Shown in pieces: positions 27,594 through 38,383 of a stretch of 64,000 nt of DNA. Position 1 is the stretch's first letter; each line of letters begins with the position of its first letter. Below the pieces are notes generated by a model, which did no database searches, was not told the origin of the DNA, and worked only from the letters and a program-made list of their open reading frames with translations. Origin of the DNA: Candidatus Latescibacterota bacterium (GTDB lineage: Bacteria; Latescibacterota; UBA2968; GCA-2709665); assembly GCA_965237675.1 (NCBI GenBank), contig OZ250150.1, positions 4,736,001-4,800,000 of the forward strand, written 5' to 3'. A program made the position numbers and the translations under genes.

Positions 27594-28843
27594 GAAACTG
27601 TCGTCGGCCGGTTGAACACCTCTCGCTGGCTCCCCACAAGCCTCCATAGAACGACTGCCAGCACGCATCCAGTGATCGTGGGCACAAACGCCGTCAGGGT
27701 GGCGCCGTGGAAATGGTGTGTCAGAACACCGGCGCCCATCCCCGCGGCGACCAGAACAACCATCCACGCCGCCGCTCGACCCTGCTGGTGGGCCGCGAGC
27801 AGTGTGGTATGCGCCAGGCCGCACAGCACAAAGGGCGGCACACACCAGACAAGAAGCCTGGCGGATTTCACAGCCGGAAGATAGGCCGGGCCCAGAAGCC
27901 AGGATACCGCAGGGACGAGCATCACGTGAACGGCGGCCGAAACCACAATGGCGATGCCCGTCAGTGTCAGGGCCGACCGCGCGACGAGTTTCACGAACGC
28001 CCGCCGATCGGGCAGACGGGTGCTCAGCGCGGGCAAGACGGCCTCAAAACTCGCACCAATCAGAATAAGCAGCGCTGCCGCCAGCCGGTACCCGACGGCC
28101 AGATATCCGGCTTCAGCGCCGCCTCCGGTCTGATAATAGGTCGTCAGGTAGTTCAGGTTCAACAGATTAATCAGGAAATACACCGCGGGCAGGTGTTTCA
28201 ACCCCTCCACGATCCGACGCCAATTGAGTCCAGGACGCAAGGCAAGACCGAGTTCACCCGTGGCCCGCCGGATAAAGACAAACCCGGCCGCCAGATACCC
28301 CGCACGACAGACCAGATAGCACATCCCCACGCCCACAATATCCCAACCGGCAATCATCGCGCCGAACCCGCTCGCCAGCAGCAGGACGTTGAGCCCGAGC
28401 ATAAGCAGGGCGCAGTATCCGGATCGCTGGAGACCCTTAAACACCGCGTTGAACCCGTCGCCCAAACTCATCAACACCGTCGAAACGCCCACAAGAAGGG
28501 CGGCCAGCGTCACATCCGGCCCGGTTCCGAACGCCCAAGCGGCCCCCACCATCACCGCCAGCGCCGGCAGGGCAAGCGCCAGCTTGAACGACAGGGCCTC
28601 GGAACACGCGATCCGGCCTTCGGCCAGGCTCGACGCCGTTGCCTTGATGACCCGGTTGTTCGATCCCGCATCCAGGAGTGGAACGAAAAAAGCGGTCAGG
28701 CCAATAACGAAGACATAGTCGGCCAGTCCGCTCTCCTCGAGAAGCCGGGCCACGCCCACCAGCAGCAGCATCCCTCCCAACAGGTGGGCGCCTTTCTCCG
28801 CGGTGAGAAAAATCGAATTCGTCGAAACCCCCGCCACATCCAC
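27590..28843 (-). CDS. Polysaccharide biosynthesis flippase-like (Wzx/MOP) membrane protein
   Basis: About 12 hydrophobic helices; AGYLAVGYRL and LLGPAY..AV patterns. Confidence 0.7.
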   Translation of the reverse strand: MDVAGVSTNSIFLTAEKGAHLLGGMLLLVGVARLLEESGLADYVFVIGLTAFFVPLLDAGSNNRVIKATASSLAEGRIACSEALSFKLALALPALAVMVGAAWAFGTGPDVTLAALLVGVSTVLMSLGDGFNAVFKGLQRSGYCALLMLGLNVLLLASGFGAMIAGWDIVGVGMCYLVCRAGYLAAGFVFIRRATGELGLALRPGLNWRRIVEGLKHLPAVYFLINLLNLNYLTTYYQTGGGAEAGYLAVGYRLAAALLILIGASFEAVLPALSTRLPDRRAFVKLVARSALTLTGIAIVVSAAVHVMLVPAVSWLLGPAYLPAVKSARLLVWCVPPFVLCGLAHTTLLAAHQQGRAAAWMVVLVAAGMGAGVLTHHFHGATLTAFVPTITGCVLAVVLWRLVGSQREVFNRPTTVS

Positions 28844-28916
28844 TCCGATCCCGCCAACAGAAAAAAAAAGCAGGTCAATGCCTGCTTTTCACGTCACTGA
28901 CCATCCTGACAACGCC

Positions 28917-29636
28917 TCAGAATCCAAAGCCCAGACGGTCGTCCACACGTACCGTCACGGTGTCCGGTTCGCTTGTGATCGCACCCTCCGCGACGACAAT
29001 GTCGTCACGGACGCGCAATTCAAAAACAAAGTCGGACGGCGCAACGGCCCGGAAGACCGGCATGCTGTTCTCGGCGTCGAAATCAACCCCGGGTCCGTCC
29101 AGCTGAGTCCAGAAATACCGGAGAACGTCCCGGTCCGGGTCGGAACTGCCCGTACCGTCCAGTGTCACGCGGAGTCCGCTCGCGTAGGCGACGGTACGAT
29201 CCATCCCCGCATCAGCCACGGGCGGACCCTGGGTGACATGAATTTCAACCCTTCCCTCCGTTTTGGTGCCCGACCTTCCGTCATCCACCTCGACCTTGAG
29301 CGTATAGACGCCCACCTCTACGGGCGCGATCCACACCACGGTCACCGAATCCTGGAAGAGACCCCTCAACGAATCCAGGCGGCTCGATGCAAACTGGCCG
29401 CCCGCTTCCTTTTTGAGATCCGTCCAGAGATAGTCCAGTTCGTCGTTGTCCGTATCGTTCGTGAGCAGCGTTATACTGACCTTGCTTCCGCGGCCTACGG
29501 ATGGGTAGTCCTCCTGATCCGTGCGGAGCGCCACAATCTGCGGCTCTTCCTGCTTGTCCAGAAGACCACATCCCATTAGAGAAATCAGACAACAAAACGC
29601 CAGGGTCCAGCGCACAATATCCCTCGGAAAAGACAA
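28917..29636 (-). CDS. Lipoprotein with PKD/Ig-like domains
   Basis: Lipobox-like LMGC; PPVADAG.D, LDGTGSSDPD..LRYFWTQ. Confidence 0.75.
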   Translation of the reverse strand: MSFPRDIVRWTLAFCCLISLMGCGLLDKQEEPQIVALRTDQEDYPSVGRGSKVSITLLTNDTDNDELDYLWTDLKKEAGGQFASSRLDSLRGLFQDSVTVVWIAPVEVGVYTLKVEVDDGRSGTKTEGRVEIHVTQGPPVADAGMDRTVAYASGLRVTLDGTGSSDPDRDVLRYFWTQLDGPGVDFDAENSMPVFRAVAPSDFVFELRVRDDIVVAEGAITSEPDTVTVRVDDRLGFGF

Positions 29637-29831
29637 GGCAGGCGAGACGGACGGTTTGACCGGGTTCGCCCAGGCCTCGACCTGCGTTGACAGGGTCGTT
29701 ATTTCTCACTCCCTGGAAGCGATGAGGTTCCAACAATCGGACAAAGTTGCCGGCGGAAGGTGGGCGCCGAATCCGCGTCACATGTAAGAATATCAATTAA
29801 ACGGGCGCTTGAACCGCGGTTCCGGCGACAC

Positions 29832-30464
29832 TCAGTCGTTTTCTCTTAGCAGCGCCCTCAACTCGGGGAGCAGCTTCTTCGGGAGATCCGGGTCCATCCC
29901 GTCGTAGTAGGCCCGAACCCTCCCCTTTCTGTCCACCAGCGCAAACCGCAGGCTGTGCATGATCTGGTCGCTACCGTCTTCCGTGCCACCCACGGCCAAC
30001 TGAAATCCCTCACGTATGACACCGTACACCCTGGCCTTCTCGCCTGTCAGAAACAGCCAGCGATCTTTGTCCGCCAGATAACGGTCCGCATACTCCGAAA
30101 GCACACCGGGCGTATCCCGCTCCGGATCCACCGAAAAAGACACGAGCCGGGCATCCGGAAACTTCCTCAGCGGCGCCTGCAGCGCCTGCATCCGCTCCGA
30201 AAGCAACGGACACGGACCCGCGCAGTGGGTGAAGATAAAATCCGCGACCCAGATCCGGCCGAGCAGGTCCGAAAGACGTACATCCTCGCCGCTGCGATCC
30301 ACGAGCACGAAATCCGGTACGTTGCCCAGAACGGGCAGGCGCCGCGACTCTGCCCGTATCGCCTTTACTTCGCGCAAGAACAGAAACGCCCCCACCGTCA
30401 GCATCAATAGTGTTGCGCCTGCCAGAACCAAAAAGAAAACACGAACCTGTTTGGGTACCCCCAT
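29832..30464 (-). CDS. SCO1/SenC copper chaperone
   Basis: FIFTHCAGPCP (CxxxC), SVDPERDT, conserved His; N-terminal TM. Confidence 0.92.
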   Translation of the reverse strand: MGVPKQVRVFFLVLAGATLLMLTVGAFLFLREVKAIRAESRRLPVLGNVPDFVLVDRSGEDVRLSDLLGRIWVADFIFTHCAGPCPLLSERMQALQAPLRKFPDARLVSFSVDPERDTPGVLSEYADRYLADKDRWLFLTGEKARVYGVIREGFQLAVGGTEDGSDQIMHSLRFALVDRKGRVRAYYDGMDPDLPKKLLPELRALLREND

Positions 30465-30469
30465 CGTAT

Positions 30470-31285
30470 TTATCCCGCTCCTTCCGATCGTTTGACCACG
30501 CCCAGCGATATGCCCAACGTCAACAGAACGAACAGACACGTCACAAGAAGACACACCTCCAGAGGCGGAATCAGGCCGGTCGACTCAGGCGCCTCCATAT
30601 ACAAGGCATGCCGCACCCCCGCGACACCGTACGTCAATGGATTCAACCGCATCACCCAACCGAGCCAACCCGGTACTCCGGAGAGCGGAAACAACGCCCC
30701 CGAGAGCGCCCACATGGGCAACAGGAACAGATTCATTATCGCATGGAACCCCGCCGTAGACCCCATTCGCCACGCAATGGCAAATCCCAGACCCGTTAAA
30801 GACAAACCGACCAGAAACAGAAACGCCACCGTTGCAGCAAGAGAAACAGGGCTGACCGGAATGTCCAGCTGATAGACGAACAGCAGGAATACCATCCCCT
30901 CCAACACGGCCAGCGTCGCACCCCCCAGCACTTTGCCGAGCACGACTCCGGTTCGGGAGACCGGAGCGACCAGCACGGATTGCATAAACCCCTCCCTCCG
31001 GTCCTCGACCACCGAAATCGTCGAGAAAATAGCCGTAAAGAGCAACACCATCAGGAGCGTGCCCGGATAGATATATTCCAGGTAACTCATCGTACCCGCC
31101 AGCCCGGCAGGTGCGAAAGACGCACTCATTCCAATGCCCAGCATCAGCCAGAATACAACCGGCTGCAGGATGGCGCCGAACAACCGGTGACGGTCCCTGG
31201 CAAACCGCACGAGTTCCCGCTTCCACAGCGTTGCGGCTGGTAGAAAGAAACCTCCGGTGTGCCTTGCGTCAGCCGGCATACACAT
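30470..31285 (-). CDS. ABC-2 type transporter permease
   Basis: DRREGFMQSVLVAPVSR, LSGALFP, NPLTYGV. Confidence 0.9.
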   Translation of the reverse strand: MCMPADARHTGGFFLPAATLWKRELVRFARDRHRLFGAILQPVVFWLMLGIGMSASFAPAGLAGTMSYLEYIYPGTLLMVLLFTAIFSTISVVEDRREGFMQSVLVAPVSRTGVVLGKVLGGATLAVLEGMVFLLFVYQLDIPVSPVSLAATVAFLFLVGLSLTGLGFAIAWRMGSTAGFHAIMNLFLLPMWALSGALFPLSGVPGWLGWVMRLNPLTYGVAGVRHALYMEAPESTGLIPPLEVCLLVTCLFVLLTLGISLGVVKRSEGAG

Positions 31286-32210
31286 CCTCCCCCGCCTCGA
31301 ACCGGCGTCCGGTCTGCCGAATAAACACATCCTCCAGGGTGGGCCTTCCCAGCCTTATCGCAGAAATCCGTTCCCGAAAACGGGCATATAGGGAAGCCAT
31401 CAACGCCTGCCCGTCGTCACACTCAATCCGTATGGTGCCGTCCAGGAACACGGGTGAAACGCTGCCTTGCGCTTCAATGTCCGTCCTCAACGCCTCCGTA
31501 TGGTCCGCTTCGATCACCACCACGTCTTTGTTCATCGAACGCTTCAACGCGTCCGGCGCACCCTCCACAACAAGCTGCCCCTGGTCCAGAATGCCCACCC
31601 GGTCGCATCGCTCCGCTTCCTCGATAAAATGCGTTGTCAGCAAGACCGTGACACCGTGTTCCGCCCGCAGCTTCTGCAGATCGTCCCACAATACCCTTCG
31701 GGCGCGGGGATCCAATCCACTGGACGGTTCGTCGAATAGCAGCAATTCCGGCTCGTGCAACAGCGCCCTGGCCACATCCGCCCGCCTGCGAAGTCCGCCG
31801 GAAAGCACCTCCATCCGGTCGTCTCTCCGATCCGTGAGGCGGACCCGCCGCAGAACCGATTCGATTCGCTCCTGGAGGTCCCGACCACGAAGACCGTATA
31901 AATGGCCCTGGTGGCGGAGATTCTCGAGGATCGTCAGTTTGAGGTCCAGACTGGGATGTTGAAACACAACCCCGATGCGCGAACGTATTTCCGCCGCGTC
32001 CCGCAGGGGATCACGGCCCAAAATACAAACCGTTCCGACGGTGGGCTTCAGGAGCGTACTGAGGATGCGGAACAGCGTCGTCTTCCCGCCTCCGTTCGGG
32101 CCGAGCAGGCCATAGACTTCCCCCTTCTCAATTCGAAGATCAATACCCTCCAGCGCATTCAGATCTCCGTAACGGTGGCACAACCCGGCAACAGCTATGG
32201 CAAGCGACAC
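31269..32210 (-). CDS. ABC transporter ATP-binding protein
   Basis: GPNGGGKTT Walker A, LSGG signature, LLFDEP. Confidence 0.92.
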   Translation of the reverse strand: MSLAIAVAGLCHRYGDLNALEGIDLRIEKGEVYGLLGPNGGGKTTLFRILSTLLKPTVGTVCILGRDPLRDAAEIRSRIGVVFQHPSLDLKLTILENLRHQGHLYGLRGRDLQERIESVLRRVRLTDRRDDRMEVLSGGLRRRADVARALLHEPELLLFDEPSSGLDPRARRVLWDDLQKLRAEHGVTVLLTTHFIEEAERCDRVGILDQGQLVVEGAPDALKRSMNKDVVVIEADHTEALRTDIEAQGSVSPVFLDGTIRIECDDGQALMASLYARFRERISAIRLGRPTLEDVFIRQTGRRFEAGEDVYAG

Positions 32211-32304
32211 GGAAACTCCTTGTGGGAAACCGTCATCTTCCGAAAAGAGAAAGGTGATAGGCAGCCCCTATCACCTGGAAATACCTGGTTTGCGCAGACC
32301 AGAC

Positions 32305-33201
32305 TCACAACAGGAATGTATCGAACAAAAGGGCCGCCCAGAGCAGAGGCAGATAGACCAGCGTCGTGCGCAACAGCCGCCTCGCGTTTTGCCTGGAACG
32401 GGATCTGGAAAACACAATACCGGAATACAAGAGGCAAATCCCCATCGCCGCGGCCACGGCGACGTAAAGCACACCGCTCAGGCCCACCAGCCCGGGAAGC
32501 AGACAAAATGCCATCAGGATTGCACTGTAAATATTGATCTGCCGAGCCGTGCGCCGGCCCTCCGGATCGTTTGTCGAAATCATTTTGAATCCGCCGCGGA
32601 CGTAGTCTTCCCGATAGATCCAGGCGATAGAGAAAAAGTGCGGAAACTGCCAGAGAAACAGGATACCGAACAGCAACCACGCGCCGCCGCCGACCTCGCC
32701 CTGCGCCGCGGCCCAACCGCCCACCGGCGGCAATGCCCCCGCGATGGCGCCCACCGCGGTGTTGTGCGTCGACTTCCGCTTGAGCGGCGTATACAGGAAA
32801 AGATAAATGACCGCCGTCAACCCCGCCAGAAAGCCCGCCAACCAGTTGATCTGCAGCCCCATGTAGAGAATGCCCGTTCCAGACAATAACAGACCGAATA
32901 AATAAGCCTCTTTCGGATGCAGGCGGCCGGCAGGCAGGGGCCGTTTCGCGGTCCGCTCCATCCGGGCATCCATTTTCCGCTCAAGGTACTGATTCAGCAC
33001 CGCCGAACCGCTCGCAATCAGCACCGTCGCCAGCACCGTATGCAGGAGTCGAAAGAACTCGAAAACACCGGCCGCGCCCAGAACAAACCCCACCGTCGTG
33101 CTCAAAACGACGAATACGGTGATTCTGGGTTTGGTGAGCGACACGTAGTCCATCACGCGCACCCACGATAGCGCCGCCCCGGCCTCGACCTGTCGTTTCA
33201 T
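32305..33201 (-). CDS. ctaB: Protoheme IX farnesyltransferase (heme o synthase)
   Basis: LTKPRI, DARMERTAKRPLPAGR, YTPLKR, LWQFPHF. Confidence 0.93.
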   Translation of the reverse strand: MKRQVEAGAALSWVRVMDYVSLTKPRITVFVVLSTTVGFVLGAAGVFEFFRLLHTVLATVLIASGSAVLNQYLERKMDARMERTAKRPLPAGRLHPKEAYLFGLLLSGTGILYMGLQINWLAGFLAGLTAVIYLFLYTPLKRKSTHNTAVGAIAGALPPVGGWAAAQGEVGGGAWLLFGILFLWQFPHFFSIAWIYREDYVRGGFKMISTNDPEGRRTARQINIYSAILMAFCLLPGLVGLSGVLYVAVAAAMGICLLYSGIVFSRSRSRQNARRLLRTTLVYLPLLWAALLFDTFLL

Positions 33202-33221
33202 AAGGGGTGAACCTCCAAAAC

Positions 33222-34226
33222 TCACCGTGCCGCGCCCGTCAAACCAATCACGGAATCTCTCGCGGCATGCATCCGCCATGCGCGAAGCGTCAACACCAGA
33301 CTGGTAGCCAGCACCGCCGCACCCACCACGACATGTAACGTCGTAATCGCAACGCCCTTGCGGTTCCAGATCACCAGGGCACCCAACGCAAGCTGAACAA
33401 CCAGCAGCGCCAGCAGCGCCACGGAGGGCCTGGCCAATTCAGTTCGTGTTTTGTGCAAGCGCAGGACGCGGACCGCAGCCCAGACCAGAACGCCCGACAC
33501 AACAACAGCCCAGGCCCGATGGGCAAAATGGATGGCCACACGGGTCCGATAGGTATCGATGGAGATGGGAAACGGGTCCGACGCATCGACTGTCAATTCG
33601 GAAAACGGCGGAATCAGACGGCCGAAGGAAAGCGGAAAATCCGGAATGGCCAGCCCGGACCGGGTGTGCCGCATGAGCGCGCCGAGTATCAATTGAAGGT
33701 AGACCACAGCCGTACCGGCCGCAGCCAGCCACTTCAGCGGTACGCCCCCGGTCTCCCGCAGCGGCCCGTCGGCCGTCCGCCAGCCCGCTGACGTAAACAG
33801 CGCGATGCCAACGGTCAGACAGAAAAAGGCTTGCGCCAGACAGGCGTGGCTTACGGAAATCCACGTGGGCAGGAGATACAGCACCGTCAACCCGCCCAGC
33901 AGGCCCTGCACCACTATGGCGGCCAGGGCCGCCGCCCCCAGGCCCCGCAACCAGCGCCGCTCCTCCCGCCGCCACAACCAGATGGCGAGAACCGTGGTCA
34001 GGATCCCCACGAAGGTCGCCACAATCCGGTGTCCGTGTTCGTAGAAGATTCCGCCGACCATGGGCGGGAAAAACATACCGTACGAAAGCGGCCAGTCCGG
34101 GACCGCCAGCCCCGAACCCGTACTGCTGACCATCGCGCCGGCAAAAACTAAAAAAAGGGTCGCGCCGGCCGTGAACACAGAAAACCGGTGCAGCCAGCGA
34201 TACCCCCGTGACATTGCGATATCCAT
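33222..34226 (-). CDS. ctaA: Heme A synthase (COX15/CtaA)
   Basis: SGLAVPDWPL, EHGHR, QGLLGGLTV, HFAHR. Confidence 0.9.
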   Translation of the reverse strand: MDIAMSRGYRWLHRFSVFTAGATLFLVFAGAMVSSTGSGLAVPDWPLSYGMFFPPMVGGIFYEHGHRIVATFVGILTTVLAIWLWRREERRWLRGLGAAALAAIVVQGLLGGLTVLYLLPTWISVSHACLAQAFFCLTVGIALFTSAGWRTADGPLRETGGVPLKWLAAAGTAVVYLQLILGALMRHTRSGLAIPDFPLSFGRLIPPFSELTVDASDPFPISIDTYRTRVAIHFAHRAWAVVVSGVLVWAAVRVLRLHKTRTELARPSVALLALLVVQLALGALVIWNRKGVAITTLHVVVGAAVLATSLVLTLRAWRMHAARDSVIGLTGAAR

Positions 34227-34242
34227 CTCCGGCCACCCCCGC

Positions 34243-34551
34243 CTATTCCGCGTCGGCGGCAAGCCATTTGCCGTTCATGCCCAAGAATCCGGGTTTTCGC
34301 CCGGATTGAATTTGCACACCTGCGTTATGGTGGCGGCGTGCTCTGCGCATCCAGAACAACGTCACACCCACAATTCCTCCCAGTACCGACACAATGATGC
34401 CCATCAGCACCAGTACTCCCGCCACCGCGCCCTTTGCCATATCCGAATCCGGATTCCCGTAACACACTGCACAGGCCCGCGCCATCTCGGGTAGCATCAC
34501 CGAGGCAGCGACGGTCGTCGCAACACAGATCCGCCTCACAGATAGCTCCAC
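34243..34551 (-). CDS. Small membrane protein with CAVC motif
   Basis: Signal-like N-terminus, ACAVCYG, one TM helix; inside the cox operon. Confidence 0.6.
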   Translation of the reverse strand: MELSVRRICVATTVAASVMLPEMARACAVCYGNPDSDMAKGAVAGVLVLMGIIVSVLGGIVGVTLFWMRRARRHHNAGVQIQSGRKPGFLGMNGKWLAADAE

Positions 34552-34742
34552 CCTTTAAGCTTTTTCAAGAACCATACGCCGTACCAAACCAGCACGCCAC
34601 ATCCCGCAATGGCGCCGATACCCAGTCCAAGATTTGTTCCATTACCCGAAACGGCATAGTCCCGGATCGCCCAGATGCCAAAACCCATACAGCAGAGAAT
34701 GGACGCAATCACAAAGACCACGTGGAATGCTTTCAGAGACAT
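34536..34742 (-). CDS. Small two-TM membrane protein
   Basis: MSLKAFHVVF...WFLKKLK; closely spaced within the operon. Confidence 0.7.
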   Translation of the reverse strand: MSLKAFHVVFVIASILCCMGFGIWAIRDYAVSGNGTNLGLGIGAIAGCGVLVWYGVWFLKKLKGWSYL

Positions 34743-34755
34743 CGCGTTCTCCGTT

Positions 34756-35073
34756 TCAGGACTGGCTCAGACCTTTACCGACGCCCGAGAATTCCGTAAT
34801 AGTCGGCAGTAGCATCAGAACGGCGAAAAAGACAACCGTAAGCGCAAGCACCCAGTAGACGATCTGTTTTTCGGACACCAGATGCATAAAATATCCGGCC
34901 ACCAGCCCGCCTTTGATACTCGCAATGAACAGTGCAATCATAACGGTAGCTGCTACCGATTCGATTTGGAGATATGAAACCCCAACCGTGGCCAACGTCA
35001 GCACGGCCAGCGCGGCAAACACCAGAACGTAAACCCGAACATGCTTCCTGATCTCTTCAGCGCTTTCAGCCAT
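34756..35073 (-). CDS. Cytochrome c oxidase subunit IV family protein
   Basis: YVLVFAALAVLT, KGGLVAGYFMHL. Confidence 0.88.
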   Translation of the reverse strand: MAESAEEIRKHVRVYVLVFAALAVLTLATVGVSYLQIESVAATVMIALFIASIKGGLVAGYFMHLVSEKQIVYWVLALTVVFFAVLMLLPTITEFSGVGKGLSQS

Positions 35074-35083
35074 ACCAGGCTCC

Positions 35084-35683
35084 TTACAGCAGATAAAGAA
35101 TCGGGAACAAGAAGATCCAGACCAGATCCACAAAGTGCCAGTAGAGACCGGCGCACTCGATCCGGTTGGCAAACTGCTCCGGCGCCGTATGCCATAGCTT
35201 GCTGCCCGGGAACAGCAGGTAGAGATTCACAACGATTCCACCGATCACGTGCAGTCCATGAAGGCCGGTCATTGTAAAATACGTGGCGTAAAACATGTTG
35301 GTGGACGGATAGATGCCAAGATGAAATTTGTGGGTATATTCGAAGTATTTCACAACCAGGAACACAAACGCCAGCAACACCGTCAGGCCAAGGTATAACT
35401 TGAACGTGCCAAAATTGTCCATTTTCAAGGATGCCCAGGACATCACCATGGTCACACTCGAGGCGATCAGCACAAACGTATTCAGCGTGGCCAGCGGCAC
35501 ATTCAACAACTCCCAACCATGCGGCCACGTCGGCGCGCCCACCCTGAGCAGGACCAGCGTTGAAAACAACGCGCCAAACAGCATCACCTCGGACGCCAGG
35601 AACAACCAGATCCCGAACTTCCCGTTATACACCCCCGTTATCGGATGCGGCTCCACCGTGTGGGGAATCTCTTCAACGGACAC
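35084..35683 (-). CDS. ctaE: Cytochrome c oxidase subunit III
   Basis: WLFLASEVMLF, TGLHGLHV, LYWHFVDLVW; GTG start after AGGAG. Confidence 0.92.
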   Translation of the reverse strand: MSVEEIPHTVEPHPITGVYNGKFGIWLFLASEVMLFGALFSTLVLLRVGAPTWPHGWELLNVPLATLNTFVLIASSVTMVMSWASLKMDNFGTFKLYLGLTVLLAFVFLVVKYFEYTHKFHLGIYPSTNMFYATYFTMTGLHGLHVIGGIVVNLYLLFPGSKLWHTAPEQFANRIECAGLYWHFVDLVWIFLFPILYLL

Positions 35684-35737
35684 CGTTAATCTCCTTTGCA
35701 TTTTCGCGGACTGACGCCTCGCTCGCAGCCGACGGGG

Positions 35738-37528
35738 TTAATCGTCGTCGGCGGGCGTGGGCGCTGGCTCGGGTTGGGCCACCTGCCCGTTTTCAGCCAC
35801 GTATTGTGGCGTAAAATCACTCGAGGCCCCAGGCACGCTATATTCGTACGGCCCGCGGTAGACCCGCGGCGTGGCCAGGAAATTCCCGTGCGGAGGCGGC
35901 GTGGGCGTGGCCCACTCCAAGGTGGTGGCCTGCCACGGATTGTCCGACTCGACCTTCCGGCCCTTCCTTATACTCATAAAGAAATTGACGATGAAGAATA
36001 TCTGCGCCAGCCCAAGCAGCCATGCAGACCAGGAGCTCATTGTCGTCAGGCCCTGCACCTGCGCCCCATAGGCGTACTGTGTCTGGTCGTAAAGTCTCCT
36101 GGAAACCCCGGCCATCCCCACGAACAACATCGGCATGAAGACGCCGTTTATAAAGATCAGGCTGGACCAGAAATGCAGTTTGCCCAATACCTCGTTCAAC
36201 ATACGGCCGGTCACCTTGGGAAACCAATGATAGACCCCGGCGAACAGCGCGAATATCGTGCCCGGCGCCACCACATAGTGGAAATGGCCGATCACGTAGT
36301 ACGTGTCGTGCAGATGCAGATCCGAGGCCGTGAGGCCCAGCGGCAGACCGGTCAACCCCCCAATGGCGAACATGGGAATGAATGCCAGGCAGAACAGCAT
36401 GGGCACCGAAAACCGGATGGACGCGCCGTGCAGGCTCAACGCGTACGCCGTCAGGATAATCACCGACGGAATGGAGATGATCATGGTCGTGGCCTGAAAG
36501 AAGGTACTGATTGTGGTTCCCATCCCCGTCATGAACATATGATGCGCCCAGACGGTAAACGACAGGAACCCCAGAGAGATAATCGAGTAGACGAGCGTGC
36601 GATACCCCCACAGTGGCCGACGCGTATTGTTGGCCACAATCTCCCCGACGATGCCCATCGCCGGCAGAATCAGTACGTAGACTTCCGGATGCGCAAGAAA
36701 CCAGAACAGGTGCTGCCACAAGAGCGGACTGCCACCGCCGCTCACCTCCAGCGCCTGTCCTGTTACCACCAGGCCGCTCGGCATGAAGAAGCTGGTACCC
36801 GCGATCCGGTCCATGAGTTGCAGCACGCCGGCGGCCTCGAGCGGCGGGAACGCCAGCAGCAGCAGAAACGCCGTCACGAACTGCGCCCAGACAAAAAACG
36901 GCAGCCGGAAAAACGACATCCCCTCGGCCCGCATCTGCACCGTCGTCACGATAAAATTCACCGAACCCAGAAGAGACGACGTGATCAGGGCCACCATGCC
37001 CCACAGCCACCAGGTCTGCCCCGTCGGGGCGATATTCGCCAGCGGAGGATAGGACGTCCAGCCGGACTGAGCCGCTCCCTCGGGAACGAAAAAGCTGGCC
37101 AGCATAATGACACCGCCCACGAAAAACACCCAGTAGCTCGCCATATTGAGCTTGGGAAACGCCATATCCGGCGCGCCGATCTGAAGCGGCAGCACGTAGT
37201 TCCCAAATCCACCCACAGCCAGTGGAACCACGCCCAGGAACACCATGATCGTTCCATGCATCGCCCCCAGCTGGTTGTAGAACTCCGGCACCATCACGCC
37301 TTCCGGCATGTTCACCTCGCTGAACAACTTGCCGATCCAGGGTATCGGTTGTCCGGGATAGGCCAACTGCCACCGCATCATCATCATCAGGCAGAAGCCG
37401 AAAAACAGGAAAAGCAGGGCGGAGACAGCGTATTGAATCCCGATGACCTTGTGATCGACGGAAAAAATGTACTTGCGCCAGTACGTCAACTCATGGTGTT
37501 CGTGATCACCGTGCGCTTGCTCAGCCAT
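35738..37528 (-). CDS. ctaD: Cytochrome c oxidase subunit I (A-family heme-copper oxidase)
   Basis: MHGTIM, DMAFPKLN, HPEVY, WAHHMF, GHFHYV. Confidence 0.96.
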   Translation of the reverse strand: MAEQAHGDHEHHELTYWRKYIFSVDHKVIGIQYAVSALLFLFFGFCLMMMMRWQLAYPGQPIPWIGKLFSEVNMPEGVMVPEFYNQLGAMHGTIMVFLGVVPLAVGGFGNYVLPLQIGAPDMAFPKLNMASYWVFFVGGVIMLASFFVPEGAAQSGWTSYPPLANIAPTGQTWWLWGMVALITSSLLGSVNFIVTTVQMRAEGMSFFRLPFFVWAQFVTAFLLLLAFPPLEAAGVLQLMDRIAGTSFFMPSGLVVTGQALEVSGGGSPLLWQHLFWFLAHPEVYVLILPAMGIVGEIVANNTRRPLWGYRTLVYSIISLGFLSFTVWAHHMFMTGMGTTISTFFQATTMIISIPSVIILTAYALSLHGASIRFSVPMLFCLAFIPMFAIGGLTGLPLGLTASDLHLHDTYYVIGHFHYVVAPGTIFALFAGVYHWFPKVTGRMLNEVLGKLHFWSSLIFINGVFMPMLFVGMAGVSRRLYDQTQYAYGAQVQGLTTMSSWSAWLLGLAQIFFIVNFFMSIRKGRKVESDNPWQATTLEWATPTPPPHGNFLATPRVYRGPYEYSVPGASSDFTPQYVAENGQVAQPEPAPTPADDD

Positions 37529-37540
37529 GGAAAAGGCTCC

Positions 37541-38311
37541 TTAAAAGGAAAACTCGTCTTCTTCATCCGCGGCACCTGACTGTTCGTCGAACCAGGCCTG
37601 GAACGCCGCTTCCGACTCGACCGTCAGCTGTCCGCGCATGCGATAGTGCCCCAGACCGCACAATTGAGCACACGCGATGTCAAATGTACCGGCCCGGGTT
37701 GCCTCGAACCAGATCTTGATGTCCTGTCCTGGAATTGCATCCTGAGTCATCCGCATCACGGGGATCTTGAAGCTGTGAATGACATCCTTCGACGAGAGGT
37801 GCGCAATGACGGGCTTGTCCTTCACAATATGCAGATTGTTGATGGCATTGAAATCGTCGTTGCCGTTCGGATCGTCGGGATCCAGCCCAAGCAGATTATC
37901 GGCGCTCACGAATTGCGGCGCCGTCCGTCCGAATATTCCGTCTTTCCCCGAATAGTGGATGTTCCATGCAAACTGCTCGGGCACCACCCGCACCACCAGC
38001 GCGTCGGATTCGTCGGGAAACGCATGTTTGAAGTCCGCCCAGAGCGGCATGGAGAGTCCGACAAGCAGCACGGCCTCGACGACGATCACGCCGTACTCCA
38101 CGTATTTGGCCAGTTTTCCCTTCACGGGATCGTAAGTCGCCGAAGGGTTTGCCCTTCTTCGGTACCGGAGAAGGCAGTAGACGAAAAAGACCCCCCAACC
38201 CAGAAACAGCGCCAACATAAAGACATGCAGCCAATTGATCAGCCAATCCACGGTTGCGCCGTGTGTTGAGATATCGATTGGCAGCCAGTAACCGTACACC
38301 TTTTCTTGCAT
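37541..38311 (-). CDS. ctaC: Cytochrome c oxidase subunit II (CuA)
   Basis: DVIHSF and CAQLCGLGHYRM CuA ligands; two TM helices. Confidence 0.95.
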   Translation of the reverse strand: MQEKVYGYWLPIDISTHGATVDWLINWLHVFMLALFLGWGVFFVYCLLRYRRRANPSATYDPVKGKLAKYVEYGVIVVEAVLLVGLSMPLWADFKHAFPDESDALVVRVVPEQFAWNIHYSGKDGIFGRTAPQFVSADNLLGLDPDDPNGNDDFNAINNLHIVKDKPVIAHLSSKDVIHSFKIPVMRMTQDAIPGQDIKIWFEATRAGTFDIACAQLCGLGHYRMRGQLTVESEAAFQAWFDEQSGAADEEDEFSF

Positions 38312-38383
38312 TCGGGACCCCTCCCGTATTGTCGCGGGGCGGACCCTATCATCCGCCCGCGTTGCCAGTCCGAGGACGTGTGC